Assembly (NCBI GenBank): GCA_964016885.1
Contig: OZ024743.1
Span: forward strand, 222,208,001 to 222,272,000
Length of the DNA: 64,000 nt
Origin: Eledone cirrhosa
Lineage: Eukaryota
Reading direction: 5' to 3'
Positions 41,106 to 54,200 of this stretch are shown here, piece by piece. A program made the translations under genes and the position numbers. The notes under the pieces were generated by a model. That model searched no databases, was not told where the DNA came from, and saw only the letters and a list, made by a program, of their open reading frames with translations. The stretch's first letter is position 1. The number at the start of each line of letters is the position of its first letter.

Positions 41106-41979
41106 GTATCAATTCGTTCGTTAATTTTTTAAGGCAATAGTGTGTTTTATTATGATACAACAAATATATAAGATTAAAATAGAAATACATACCTACAATC
41201 AATTAATTATAGCTAGGAACCTTATAAATATAATACACAAACGTTTTAATGTTACACTTAAGTACATATACATTTTTGCTTTCACCCCCCCCCCCTTTTT
41301 TTTTTTAGTTATAATCGTTTAATTAACACTGCCTTTACATCGGCTCAGCTGGTTATACTTTCACTTCAATATAGAAAGAAATCTTCTAGGATGTTGCCGC
41401 TTCCAGAACATAGCCGTATCTTTATTTTGTTACACAAATAACGTTACAAATTGTTTATAATTCTTACAGAATGAAAATATAAACACAAATAATATATACA
41501 ATTAATTATTGCTTGGAACTTCACAAACACAATGTCTATTTTCGAAGACTAACTAGCGTATATCATATATGAACAAAATCTCACACAATAAAAGATAAAC
41601 ACAATCTATTTATTGTTGTTTTTTATGTAGTTAACAGTACTTTATTTTATATTTAAGAAAAACTTTAGAGAACTTTAGAGAATTTATTATGATATAACAG
41701 ATATATTAGACTAAATAGAAGTACATATATATAATCAATTAATTATAGCTAGAAACCTTATTACTATAATACACAACAAATATATTTATTGCTCACAATT
41801 CTTGTAGAATGAAAATATAAACATATATAACAAATACAATTAACTATTGCTAGGAACCCCACAAATACAACCCACCAAAATATATGACTAGAGCGAGAGA
41901 AATAAATAAAAAGGGGGGAAAGAAAAATTACCACCAATTCACTAGCATGCGCGACAATCGACTGCACATCACAAGGATC

Positions 41980-44518
41980 TTTAGCAGTATTAGTTATTAT
42001 TGTAGTCGCCACTTTAACAGGGTAGATGATTGAAGGTCGTTAGTTGCCAGTGTGGTAAGTGATAGTATCCTCGTTGGGTTATCTTGTTGACATAGACGTG
42101 AGGGAAGGTCCCTCGATCTATTTACCATCTATTTACAATATTCCTTTCGTCAGGTCGCCAATTCCAGCAGCATGGATTATAGATTTCATTGAGACACGAG
42201 TAACATAACGATTTCAACAGCAGTAATTAGAGATGAAATGTTTGTTTATTTATATGGTTGAAGTTACAGATACAAAGAGGTTACAAAAGGGAATGTGCCG
42301 TTGCACCGTTAAGCCGGCGAGGCTAGGGTGCAAATCTCACCGTTACATTATGCGTGTTGCTGGCTTGAAGTTTCCGGTACAAGAGAGAGATTCTTCAAAT
42401 CTTCGCGGGGAATTTCTTCCTCAGGGCGCGTAGGGATACATCCTCTTCTACTGGCGCTGATTGGCTGAACTGAGCCAAATCACGCACAGAGAATGTATGT
42501 GAGCCCGCGGAATGTAGGTCACTACATCACCTCCAACCAGATTTTCAGCCGAAAATCGATAACGAAGAAACCAAGGACCCACATATTACTGAATCAGCAA
42601 GAACAAATGCTGAAAGAGCACATCAGTGAAAAAATAATTGAGCAGAACGATTCATGCAAGAACAAAAAATAAATTAGGCGCGACGGGCCGTGTTGAGCCG
42701 CTGTCAAATGACTAGCTGTTTTGTAGTTTAAACGAGACCCTCAAGGGCCTACCAGAAAACAGATAAAGTCTGACATGGGCGAAGTTGCTGTTCTTGCATT
42801 AAATGTTAATGGTAAGCGTTGTACCAGTAGCTGTGAACGAAGCTATTATGGTAGTTTACCAGTGCTGGCGAGAAAATGATGGCCCCCAGATGTATTGTCG
42901 AATGTGCTGTGGAGCCAGGAAAAAATGACTGGTTGCTTTGTAAAGAAAAAAAGGCAAGTTTAATCTGTAGGTGGGTTGCAGTGTAAATTCCATAATTCGG
43001 GCGAATCCACAGAAGTGGCTGAAATATTGACAAGTCCAGTTCAATTTGTTGCCTTCCCAGCGAGTCGGGCAAAAACAACAAGACGGATGGCCGTCATGGA
43101 CGATCAGTGTGCAACGAGATGCGAAGCTGTTTGAGTTCAGCTGCAATTAGAATTCTCGTGTTGCGGTGCCTGTTTGAATCCAATGGATTAAGCTCTGTGA
43201 GCTGCTAGCATGTGACAGCATCTCAACCAGGTGAAAAGGGACTCGCAGAATATTACGTTTGAAGAACATATACCAAGAACAACATGTTGGTGTGTGATAA
43301 AAAAAATGTGTGCATATGCAGGCATGTAAAACAGCAAAGAATGTAAATGAACAAAAACCATGAGCAAACAAATAGCAAAAGAGCACAAAACAAGCAAATG
43401 CATTCTACAAAGAAATATGTGAATGTAACAAACTGATAATTCAAAGTCAATCTAAGGGAGCAGAGAAATTGCTCAATAAGTTCAAAGTTTTTCAAAGTCA
43501 AATAGTTCACACATCACCAGTGTACAGACACTAGTTCTATCTGAAAACTGAAAAAGAAGTTTGTTAATGCCTTTAGGGATTAGATGTATTCTCGAGTCCC
43601 TGTGGTAACGAGACAGAAGGTATGGTGGTTGCGTCGGTAAAGTTACAAGCCGTTTTGAAATTTCCGATGTGTGGTGGTTTGCGTCGGTAAGGCTATGAAG
43701 CTGCCACTCACTGTTCCCTGTTTTGGTCAGTGGCTAAACAATGTTGTCGCTGCTGCTGCTGTCTTTGTTGATCGAAGACAGGACTTGTCGGTAGCCATTT
43801 TGAAATTTCTTCGTGGCGAAAAATTTTTGAAATACTGCTAATTTTTCAAAAATCTTAAAAGGAATATTTTTTTATTTTCGCAAGTTGCGAAAAGGTTGGA
43901 AACGTGGCAATAAAAGTTCAACTGAATGAAAAAGAAGGGCTGCGTAAAATTCTTACGTCGGTCACCACTTTAGCAGTTATTGGTTATAGAGTAGTCGCCA
44001 CTTTAACAGGGTAGATGATTGAAGGTCGTTAGTTGCCAATGTGGTAAGTGATAGTATCCTCGTTGGGTTATCTTGTTGACATAGACGTGAGGGAAGGTCC
44101 CTCGATCTATTTACCATCTATTTACAATATTCCTTTCGTCAGGTCGCCAATTCCAGCAGCATGGATTATAGATTTCATTGAGACACGAGTAACATAACAA
44201 CGATTTCAACAGCAGTAATTAGAGATGAAATGTTTGTTTATTTATATGGTTGAAGTTACAGATACAAAGAGGTTACAAAAGGGAATGTGCCATTGCGCCG
44301 TTAAGCCGGCGAGGCTAGGGTGCAAATCTCACCGTTACATTATGCGTGTTGGTGGCTTGAAGTTTCCGGTACAAGAGAGAGATTCTTCAAATCTTCGCGG
44401 GGAATTTCTTCCTCAGGGCGCGTAGGGATTCATCCTCTTCTACTGGCGTTGATTGGCTGAACTGAGCCAAATCACGCACAGAGAATGTATGTGAGCCCGC
44501 GGAATGTAGGTCACTACA
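41980..44518 (-). mobile_element. Non-autonomous Gypsy-like LTR retrotransposon, copy A (LTRs 41980-42526 and 43969-44518; TSD GATC)
   Basis: Two ~550-bp direct repeats; GATC at 41976-41979 and 44519-44522. Minus-strand LTR runs TGTAGTGAC...CTGCTAAA. PBS-like GTGGTGACCGACGT follows the 5' LTR; purine-rich GGTTGGAGGTGA precedes the 3' LTR; AATAAA lies within the LTR. Confidence 0.88.
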
Positions 44519-44615
44519 GATCAATGGAATATTTTGAGAAAATCCAATAAACTCGCAGCATTACCACGAGTGATGGCGATGCTAAGGTGCTGTAACAACC
44601 AGACACCCTCACGGG
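44519..44615 (-). mobile_element. Piece of a CRE-type 3' fragment that was the target of both LTR insertions (continues at 47305-47365 and left of 41979)
   Basis: Removing both LTR elements restores SSLAARLTAVSGDTREGVWLLQHLSIAITRGNAASLL on the minus strand. Confidence 0.75.
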
Positions 44616-47304
44616 TTTAACAGGTATTAGTTGTAGATGTTATCGCCACTTTAGCGGGGTGGTAGAATCAGTGGTCGTTAGTTGCCAGTGTGGTAAGTGA
44701 TAGTATCCTCGTTGGATTATCTTGTTGACATAGCCGTGAGGGAAGGTCCCTCGATCTATTTACCATCTATTTACAATATTCCTTTCGTCAGGTCGCCAAT
44801 TCCAGCAGCATGGATTAAAGATGTCATGGAGACACGAGTAACATAACAACGACTTCAACCGCAGTAATTAGAGATGAAATGTTTGTTTATTTATATGGTT
44901 GAAGTTACAGATACAAAGAGGTTACAAAATGGAATGTGCCATTGCGCCGTTAAGCCGGCGAGGCTAGTGGTGCAATATCTCACTGTTACATTATGCGTGT
45001 TGCTGGCTCGAAGTTTCCGGTACAAGAGCGAGATTCTTCAAATCTTCGCGGGGAATTTCTTCCTCAGGGCGCGTAGGGATACATCCTCTTCTACTGGCGC
45101 TGATTGGCTGAACTGAGCCAAATCACGCACAGAGAATGTATGTGAGCCCGCGGAATGTAGGTCACTACATCACCTCCAACCAGATTTTCAGCCGAAAATC
45201 GATAACGAAGAAACCAAGGACTCACATATTAAATCAGCAAGAACAAATGCTGAAAGAGCACATCAGTGAAAAAAATAATTGAGCAGAAGGTTGCATGCAA
45301 GAACAAAAAATGAGGCGCTACGGGCCGTGTTGAGCCGCTGTGTCAAATGACCAGTTGTTTTGTTGTTTATACGTGACCGCCAAAGGTCTAACAAAAATCG
45401 GATAAAGTCTGACATGGGCGAAGTTGCTGTTCTTGCATTAAATGTAAATGGTAAGCGTTGTACCAGTAGCTGTGAACGAAGCTATTATGGTAGTTTACCA
45501 GTGCTGGCGAGAAAATGATGGCCCCCAGATGTATTGTCGAATGTGCTGTGGAGCCAGGAAAAAATGGCTGGTTGCTTTGTAAAGAAAAAAAGGCAAGTTT
45601 AATCTGTAGGTGGGTTGCAGTGTAAATTCCATAATTCGGGCGAATCCACAGAAGTGGCTGAAATATTGACAAGTCCAGTTCAATTTGTTGCCTTCCCAGC
45701 GAGTCGGGCAAAAACAACAAGACGGATGGCCGTCATGGACGATCAGTGTGCAACGAGATGCGAAGCTGTTTGAGTTCAGCTGCAATTAGAATTCTCGTGT
45801 TGCGGTGCCTGTTTGAATCCAATGGATTAAGCTCTGTGAGCTGCTAGCATGTGACAGCATCTCAACCAGGTGAAAAGGGACTCGCAGAATATTACGTTTG
45901 AAGAACATATACCAAGAACAACATGTTGGTGTGTGATAAAAAAAATGTGTGCATATGCAGGCATGTAAAACAGCAAAGAATGTGAATGAACAAAAACCAT
46001 GAGCAAGCAAATAGCAAAAGAGCACAAAACAAGTAAATGCATTCTACAAAGAAATATGTGAATGTAACAAACTGATAATTCAAAGTCAATCTAGGGGAGC
46101 AGAGAAATTGCTCAATAAGTTCAAAGTTTTTCAAAGTCAAATAGTTCACACATCACCAGTGTACAGACACTAGTTCTGTCCGAAAACTGAAAAAGAAGTA
46201 TGTTAATGCCATTAGGTGTATGGTGTTTTTGTGAGATTTCGTGGCCATTTTCCCGTCCCGCCACACGGTTGTGTTGCTTCTTGTTAAAACAAAGTCAAAG
46301 AATCTTCTGTAGAGTAGGAGTCACCAAATATGGCAGTCACGTCTGACGGCATAATGGTGAGAAAACAACTGTCTCAATTTCTCGCGTCCCTGTGGTAACG
46401 AGACAGAAGGTATGGTGGTTGCGTCGGTAAAGTTACAAGCCGTTTCGAAATTTCCGATGTGTGGTGGTTGGCGTCGGTAAGGTTATGAAGCTGCCACTCA
46501 CTGTTCCCTGTATTGGTCAGTGGTTAAACAACGCTGTCGCTGCTGCTGTCTTTGTTGTTGTCAAGCGTAGCCATGACATGTCGGTAGCCATCTTGAAATT
46601 TTTTTCGTGGCGAAAAAGTTTTTGAAATACTGCTAATTTTTCAAAAATCTTAAAAGGAATATTCTGGATTTTCGCAAGTTGCGACGTGGCAATAAAAGTT
46701 AAACTGAATGAATAAGAAGGGCTGCGTGATATTCTTACGTCGGTCACCACTTTAACAGGTATTAGTTGTAGATGTTATCGCCACTTTAGCGGGGTGGTAG
46801 AATCAGTGGTCGTTAGTTGCCAGTGTGGTAAGTGATAGTATCCTCGTTGGATTATCTTGTTGACATAGACGTGAGGGAAGGTCCCTCGATCTATTTACCA
46901 TCTATTTACAATATTCCTTTCGTCAGGTCGCCAATTCCAGCAGCATGGATTAAAGATGTCATGGAGACACGAGTAACATAACAACGACTTCAACCGCAGT
47001 AATTAGAGATGAAATGTTTGTTTATTTATATGGTTGAAGTTACAGATACAAAGAGGTTACAAAATGGAATGTGCCATTGCGCCGTTAAGCCGGCGAGGCT
47101 AGTGGTGCAATATCTCACTGTTACATTATGCGTGTTGCTGGCTCGAAGTTTCTGGTACAAGAGCGAGATTCTTCAAATCTTCGCGGGGAATTTCTTCCTC
47201 AGGGCGCGTAGGGATACATCCTCTTCTACTGGCGCTGATTGGCTGAACTGAGCCAAATCACGCACAGAGAATGTATGTGAGCCCGCGGAATGTAGGTCAC
47301 TACA
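44616..47304 (-). mobile_element. Non-autonomous Gypsy-like LTR retrotransposon, copy B (LTRs 44616-45169 and 46751-47304; TSD CGGG)
   Basis: Two 554-bp near-identical LTRs; CGGG at 44612-44615 and 47305-47308. Same PBS/PPT as copy A; internal region nearly identical to A plus extra sequence at ~46215-46380. Confidence 0.9.
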
Positions 47305-48018
47305 CGGGTATCACCTGAGACCGCGGTAAGGCGAGCCGCCAACGATGACAAGAACTTCGCTGCATGGTAGTGAGACATGTGTAGCAAGTGCGGAGGATAT
47401 GCGAAGGCTGGAGAGAAATAAAGCAATTAGCTCCGATGGATGTGCAATATCAATCTGCGTGAACGACCAAGCATGGACGATTTGAGAGAGAAACTATATA
47501 AGAGGAATAAATTGTAGTGTGCAGGAGAGAAGACTACGTTGGCATGGCCATGTGATGTGCATGGATGATGACCGCTGGGTGAAGAAATGTCAGGTAATCC
47601 CAGTGGAGGGTAGACGTAATAGAGGAAGACCACGGAAAACATGGGCGAAGGTGGTGAGAGCTGACCTCAGATCGCTGAAGCTCACAGAGGAGATGACGAA
47701 GGGCCGTGACAAACGGAGAGATGCTGTACTGAAGAGGACGTAAAATGATGACGAAGATGATGATGAACTATATAAGATTAAATAGAAGTACATACGTATA
47801 ATCAATTAGTTATTGCTAGGAACCGTATTACTACAATACTCAACAAATATATGTATTGTTTTTAATATAGCTAATATTATGAAATATGATTTACTTGATA
47901 AAGTATAAACTAAAACTATATTTTCAGATTTTCTATTATTATTGTTTTTAATATGTGGGATTTTGTCATGGATTCATCATGGATAGGTATTAAATTGTTT
48001 CGTTTCTTTTATTGAGTG

Positions 48019-48680
48019 CTAACTGAGGTACCCAGCTTGGCCCAGGTAAACCGATGATAAGAGAAGACCAGTAGAAGAGAAAACAAATGTATTGCGTGCG
48101 TTGTCTGGTTTACAGATTCTTCGTTTTACTGTTTGTAAATGAAGATTTCTAGATGTTCCTGTGAACAACCTACATATAACTGTCTATGAGTAAAAACCGA
48201 TTCTCTCATATTCAATCCTACAACTTTGAGACTGACCCTTGAGCTTTATTTATGGTCATAGCAAAACTGGCTCTAACAGGGAACTGAAGTCTTGAGAATC
48301 TGAATGGTAGCTCGGTAGAGGAAGGGATAAGAGGAATCTTGGGAATAAATGCAATTTTTCCTTGATTGCCTCCAAGAATAGGGACCTCTAGGATATGGTT
48401 CATCAGCAGCCTGACTGTTAAGCGTGTGCCTTTTTATAAACGTTGCGGGTCCAGGTTTCTAAAAACGGTGATGGGAGTTCCAATCTTTAGCGTCAATTTG
48501 TGTGGAGGAAGTTCAGGGGTTCCAGACTATTAAGGAACTCTGCGGGATAATTAACAACTTCACCATCCTCTTCAACCTTGTCAATGGAGACATATGTAGA
48601 AATCTTCCCTGGGAGCATATCCTGTAGGCATTGGTTGATCTGATTTACCATATTATTTGGGGCCGCAAACACCCTGCTTT
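48019..48680 (-). mobile_element. Helitron PIF1-helicase C-terminal remnant with hairpin-like 3' end
   Basis: PPHKLTLKIG..RNLDP, IPKIPLIPSSTELPFRFSRLQFPVRASFAMTINKAQG. Imperfect hairpin ACCTGGGCCAAGCTGGGTACC then TTAG near 48020. Confidence 0.82.
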
Positions 48681-48779
48681 CGTAGTAGTGTTATATAAAC
48701 ATACAGAAAAAAGAGCAGTATTGGAAAGAACTATAAAACTATACACGAGAGGAAAAGAAGGAGAAGAACAAGGACTACT

Positions 48780-49440
48780 AGACAAAGGAAGGGAGAAGGG
48801 GGGAGGTTGACAGACTCTACACCTGGGTTAGATGAGTGTTTCGGCTGCGCTCCGCGGACAAAATGGATAAGGCATTTCTACGGACAATGGCCAACGACAC
48901 ATGCTGCAACAACCACACCACCTCGCGGGTTCCTTCCTCAGGCGGGCTGCTATCGATCTGATTTTACGGAGGAAATCAGCTGTCTGTGGTCCGAGGTCAT
49001 CTGAGGTCTCAACGGCGACCGGTGCAAAGAGAAAGGGGCCAGACAAACTCCCTCCTCTGCATTGTGAACCACGGTACTGGGATTTGTGGTCGAGAACGTC
49101 TAACAGCATGTCGCATCCCAGATGAGGGATTTACCTCCTTCAAAAAGGAAGATGGTAATTCCGCCGGGGCGCTTGTCATCACCACGATCGAGGACTACTA
49201 GCTCCAGTTGTGACAGGAAGCCCGCTGCGTCGAGGCTCCATCTCATTATGTCGTTGAGAGTGGCCGCTCTGGCGGCATGATAATGGGTCAAGGCCGAACC
49301 CCACAACGGCATTTATGTGGCTCACACACGTGAAGGGCGAGGCGTTGAGCTACCTCGATGCGAGTGCACTCGTCATCAAGAAGGGCCCCGAATTGAGCTG
49401 CCAGTGATAACAAACGTCTCGAACACCACAGGCTGGAAAA
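48780..49440 (-). mobile_element. CRE-type non-LTR fragment (zinc knuckle + RLE), degenerate
   Basis: LNDIMRWSLDAAGFLSQLE..LDRGDDKRPGGITIF.F.GGKSLIWDATC, FAPVAVETS..LGP. Confidence 0.8.
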
Positions 49441-50244
49441 GGTGGTTAACGGACTCAAATCCCGCCGAGGTTAACTTTGCCTTTCATCCTTACGGGGTCG
49501 ATAAAATAAAGTACCAGTAATACACTGAGATAATTGCTGGCCTTGTGCCAAAAGTAGAAACAATTATTTCAGAATGTTGGTCCGTTCAGTTAGTTACTGA
49601 AGCTGTAGCTCTCGCCCTAACTGCAGCATTCAGGATGTGGGAAGAAGTAAAAGAGTCACTAACTGATATAATAAATATAATACTTGTGTATTATAAGGTT
49701 CCTAGCAATAATTAATTGATTATATGTATGTATTTCTATTTAATCTTAATATCATAAAATAATTTAGAAATGTAACACATATAAATAAGTTAATTTTAAA
49801 AAAAATAATAAAACCACTTATACGGTGATGCAACGATTGTTTCTATAGAAGAAATAAACAATAGATTATCTTACTGTTCGATAACTATTAACTTGAGAAC
49901 TTGCGTCTGATTGTTAACCTTTTTCAATTTGATTTATTCTAGTATTTTCCTTTCGAACTGTCACCTCGATGTTTTTTTTTTTGTTAGTATTCTAACGTTT
50001 GTTGATAGAAACATTAAGAACGCCACGTAGATATTACTCACTACTAGAAGTTATAAACATTACTGGTCATTACTGGACATAACTGGATGTTAGTGAACAT
50101 TACTAGACATCACTGGACATTATTAGAATCCCGCCGAGGTTAACTTTGCCTTTCATCCTTACGGGGTCGATAAAATAAAGTACCAGTAATACACTGGAAT
50201 AATTGTTGGCCTTGTGCCAAAAGTAGAAACAATTATTAGAGACT

Positions 50245-51105
50245 TAGCCCAGTAGACGTCCCTCCTCCTTCTCCCCCTGTTGACGTCAAGTCCCCCCCAA
50301 CGCACTTGGGATGCCATCCAGTGCAGCCTGGCCTCAGACAGGCTCACGCGCCAGCTCGACCAGCACCGCCTTGCTTGTTTTCGTGCGGCCTCCAAACCCC
50401 ACAGTGGTGCCTGGCTCCATGCTCTGCCCTCCTTCTCCACTGGCACGCAGCTAGACAACGATAGCCTGCGAATCGGCGTTTCCCTGAGGCTCGGCCTCCG
50501 GATCTGCCAGCCACACCAATGTCGCTGCGGTTCCACCGTGGACTCTTTCGGCCTCCACCCGCTTTCCTGTCGCCACAGTGCCGGCCGCATTCCACGCCAT
50601 ACTGCCCTCATCGAGGTCATTAAGCATGGCTTGGACGCTGCAGGCTTCCCTTCCCAGCTCGAGCCGGTTGGGCTGGATCGAGGGGACGGCAAAAGGCCAG
50701 ATGGCATGACCATCTTCCCGTTCCGCGGTGGAAAACCCCTCGTCTGGGATGCCACTTGCACCGACACTTTCTGCAGCAGCAACCTGGTGCAGTCTGCGAC
50801 TGACCCAAGTTCTGCTGCACGTCAGGCTGAGGGGCCCAAACTCCTCAAATACTGGTCGCTCTCCGACAGGTTTGCGGTCGTTTCCCTGGCAATGGAAACT
50901 TCTGGTGTCCTCGGCCCCAGGGCTACCTCCTTACTCACCACCATAGGCGCTGAGCTGGACAGCCGTAGGTGTGAGCCCCGCGAGTTGGAGTGGCTTTTCC
51001 AGCGCGTCTCCCTTGCCGTCCTCCGGGGAAACACCTTCTCCCTTCTGTCCGCCGGGGCTGTGGTTGGGCCCCATCGCGTACCATTACATTAGTTAAATAC
51101 CATTA
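50245..51105 (+). mobile_element. CRE-clade non-LTR retrotransposon 3' region (CCHC knuckle + PD-(D/E)xK endonuclease), open 270-aa frame
   Basis: SGAWLHALP..LRLG..HQCRCG...HPLSC..RH..EPVGL..KRPDG..WDATC.DT..K..KY..ETSG..WLFQRVSLAVLRGN. Confidence 0.88.
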
Positions 51106-51280
51106 TTAGAGTGGATTGGCAGTATCGATTGGCAGCAAAGAGTTACGGCCCTTTATGGTCTGAGTTCAAATCCCGCCGAGGTTAACTTTGCCTTTCATCC
51201 TTACGGGGTCGATAAAATAAAATACCAGTAATACACTGGGATAATTGCTGGCCTTGTGCCAAAAGTAGAAACAATTATTA

Positions 51281-54200
51281 GACGTTACTAGACATTATTG
51301 GACGTTATTGGATTACTGGACATTGGTGGACATTACTGGACGTTAGTGGACATTGGTGGACATTACTGGACGTTAGTGGACATTGGTAGACATTACTGGA
51401 CGTTAGTGGATATTGAAAGACATTACTGGACGTTAGTGGACATTGCTAGACATTACTGGACGTTAGTGGACATTGATAGACATTACTGGACGTTAGTGGA
51501 CATTGGTAGACATTACTGGATGTTAGTGGACATTGATAGACATTGCATTACTGGACGTTACTAGACATTGGTAGACATTACTGGATGTTAGTGGACATTG
51601 ATAGACATTACTGGACGTTAGTGGACATTGGTGGACATTACTGGACGTTAGTGGACATTGGTAGACATTACTGGATGTTAGTGGACATTGGTAGACATTA
51701 CTGGATGTTAGTGGACATTGGTGGACATTACTGGATGTTAGTGGACATTGGTGGACATTACTGGACGTTAGTGGACATTGGTGGACATTACTGGACGTTA
51801 GTGGACATTGGTAGACATTACTGGACGTTAGTGGACATTGATAGACATTACTGGACGTTAGTGGACATTGGTAGACATTACTGGACGTTAGTGGACATTG
51901 ATAGACATTACTGGACGTTACTACACATTGGTAGACATTACTGGATGTTAGTGGACATTGGTGGACATTACTGGATGTTAGTGGACATTGGTGGACATTA
52001 CTGGACGTTAGTGGACATTGGTAGACATTACTGGACGTTAGTGGACATTGATAGACATTACTGGATGTTAGTGGACATTGGTGGACATTACTGGATGTTA
52101 GTGGACATTGATAGACATTACTGGACGTTAGTGGACATTGATAGACATTACTGGACGTTAGTGGACATTGGTGGACATTACTGGATGCTAGTGGACATTG
52201 ATAGACATAACTGGACGTTAGTGGACATTGGTGGACATTACTGGATGTTAGTGGACATTGGTAGACATTACTGGACGTTAGTGGACATTGGTAGACATTA
52301 CTGGACGTTAGTGGACATTGATAGACATTACTGGACGTTAGTGGACATTGATAGACATTACTGGATGTTAGTGGACATTGATAGACATTACTGGACGTTA
52401 GTGGACATTGATAGACATTACTGGACGTTAGTGGACATTGGTGGACATTACTGGATGTTAGTGGACATTGGTGGACATTACTGGATGTTAGTGGACATTG
52501 GTAGAAATTACTGGACGTTAGTGGACATTGGTAGACATTACTGGACGTTAGTGGACATTGATAGACATTACTGGACGTTAGTGGACATTGATAGACATTA
52601 CTGGATGTTAGTGGACATTGATAGACATTACTGGACGTTAGTGGACATTGGTGGACATTACTGGATGTTAGTGGACATTGGTAGAAATTACTGGACGTTA
52701 GTGGACATAGGTAGACATTACTGGACGTTAGTGGACATTGATAGACATTACTGGGCGTTAGTGGACATTGGTAGACATTACTGGATGTTAGTGGACATTG
52801 ATAGACATTACTGGACGTTAGTGGACATTGGTGGACATTACTGGACGTTAGTGGACATTGGTGGACATTACTGGACGTTAGTGGACATTGATAGACATTA
52901 CTGGACGTTAGTGGACATTGATAGACATTACTGGACGTTAGTGGACATTGGTGGACATTACTGGACGTTAGTGGACATTGGTGGACATTACTGGACGTTA
53001 GTGGACATTGGTGGACACTACTGTATGTTAGTGGACATTGGTGGACATTACTGGATGTTAGTGGACATTGATAGACATTACTGGACGTTAGTGGACATTG
53101 GTGGACATTACTGGATGTTAGTGGACATTGGTGGACATTACTGGACGTTAGTGGACATTGGTAGACATTACTGGACGTTAGTGGACATTGATAGACATTA
53201 CTGGACGTTAGTGGGTATTAGTAGAGATTACTGGATGTTAGTGAACATTGGTGGACATTACTGGACGTTAGTGGACATTAGTAGACATTACTGGATGTTA
53301 GTGGACATTGGTGGACATTACTGGACGTTAGTGGACATTGGTAGACATTACTGGACGTTAGTGGACATTGGTAGACATTTCTGGATGTTAGTGGACATTG
53401 GTGGACATTACTGGACGTTAGTGGACATTGATAGACATTACTGGATGTTAGTGGACATTGGTGGACATTACTGGACGTTAGTGGACATTGGTAGACATTA
53501 CTGGATGTTAGTGGATATTGGTGGACATTACTGGACGTTAGTGGACATTAGTAGACATTACTGGATGTTAGTGGATATTGGTGGACATTACTGGACGTTA
53601 GTGGACATTAGTAGACATTACTGGATGTTAGTGGACATTGGTGGACATTACTGGACGTTAGTGGACATTGGTAGACATTACTGGACGTTAGTGGACATTG
53701 GTAGACATTACTGGATGTTAGTGGACATTGATAGATATTACTGGACGTTAGTGGACATTGGTAGACATTACTGGATGTTAGTGGACATTGATAGACATTA
53801 CTGGACGTTAGTGGACATTGGTAGACATTACTGGACGTTAGTGGACATTGGTAGACATTACTAGACGTTAGTGGACATTGGTAGACATTACTGGATGTTA
53901 GTGGACATTGATAGACATTACTGGACGTTAGTGGACATTGGTAGACATTACTGGACGTTAGTGGACATTGGTAGACATTACTAGACGTTAGTGGACATTG
54001 GTAGACATTACTGGATGTTAGTGGACATTGATAGACATTACTGGACGTTAGTGGACATTGGTAGACATTACTGGACGTTAGTGGACATTGGTAGACATTA
54101 CTAGACGTTAGTGGACATTGGTAGACATTACTGGATGTTAGTGGACATTGATAGACATTACTGGACGTTAGTGGACATTGGTGGACATTACTGGATGTTA

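Noticed and set aside
42001-42526. Canonical TG...CA LTR boundary (TGTAGT...ACTACA)
   Set aside because: It holds for only one of the four LTRs; TSDs and LTR-pair homology extend the end ~21 bp further, to TTTA.
41980-47304. Simple tandem segmental duplication or assembly duplication
   Set aside because: Each copy has its own TSD and LTR subtype, and the spacer rejoins a pre-existing reading frame.
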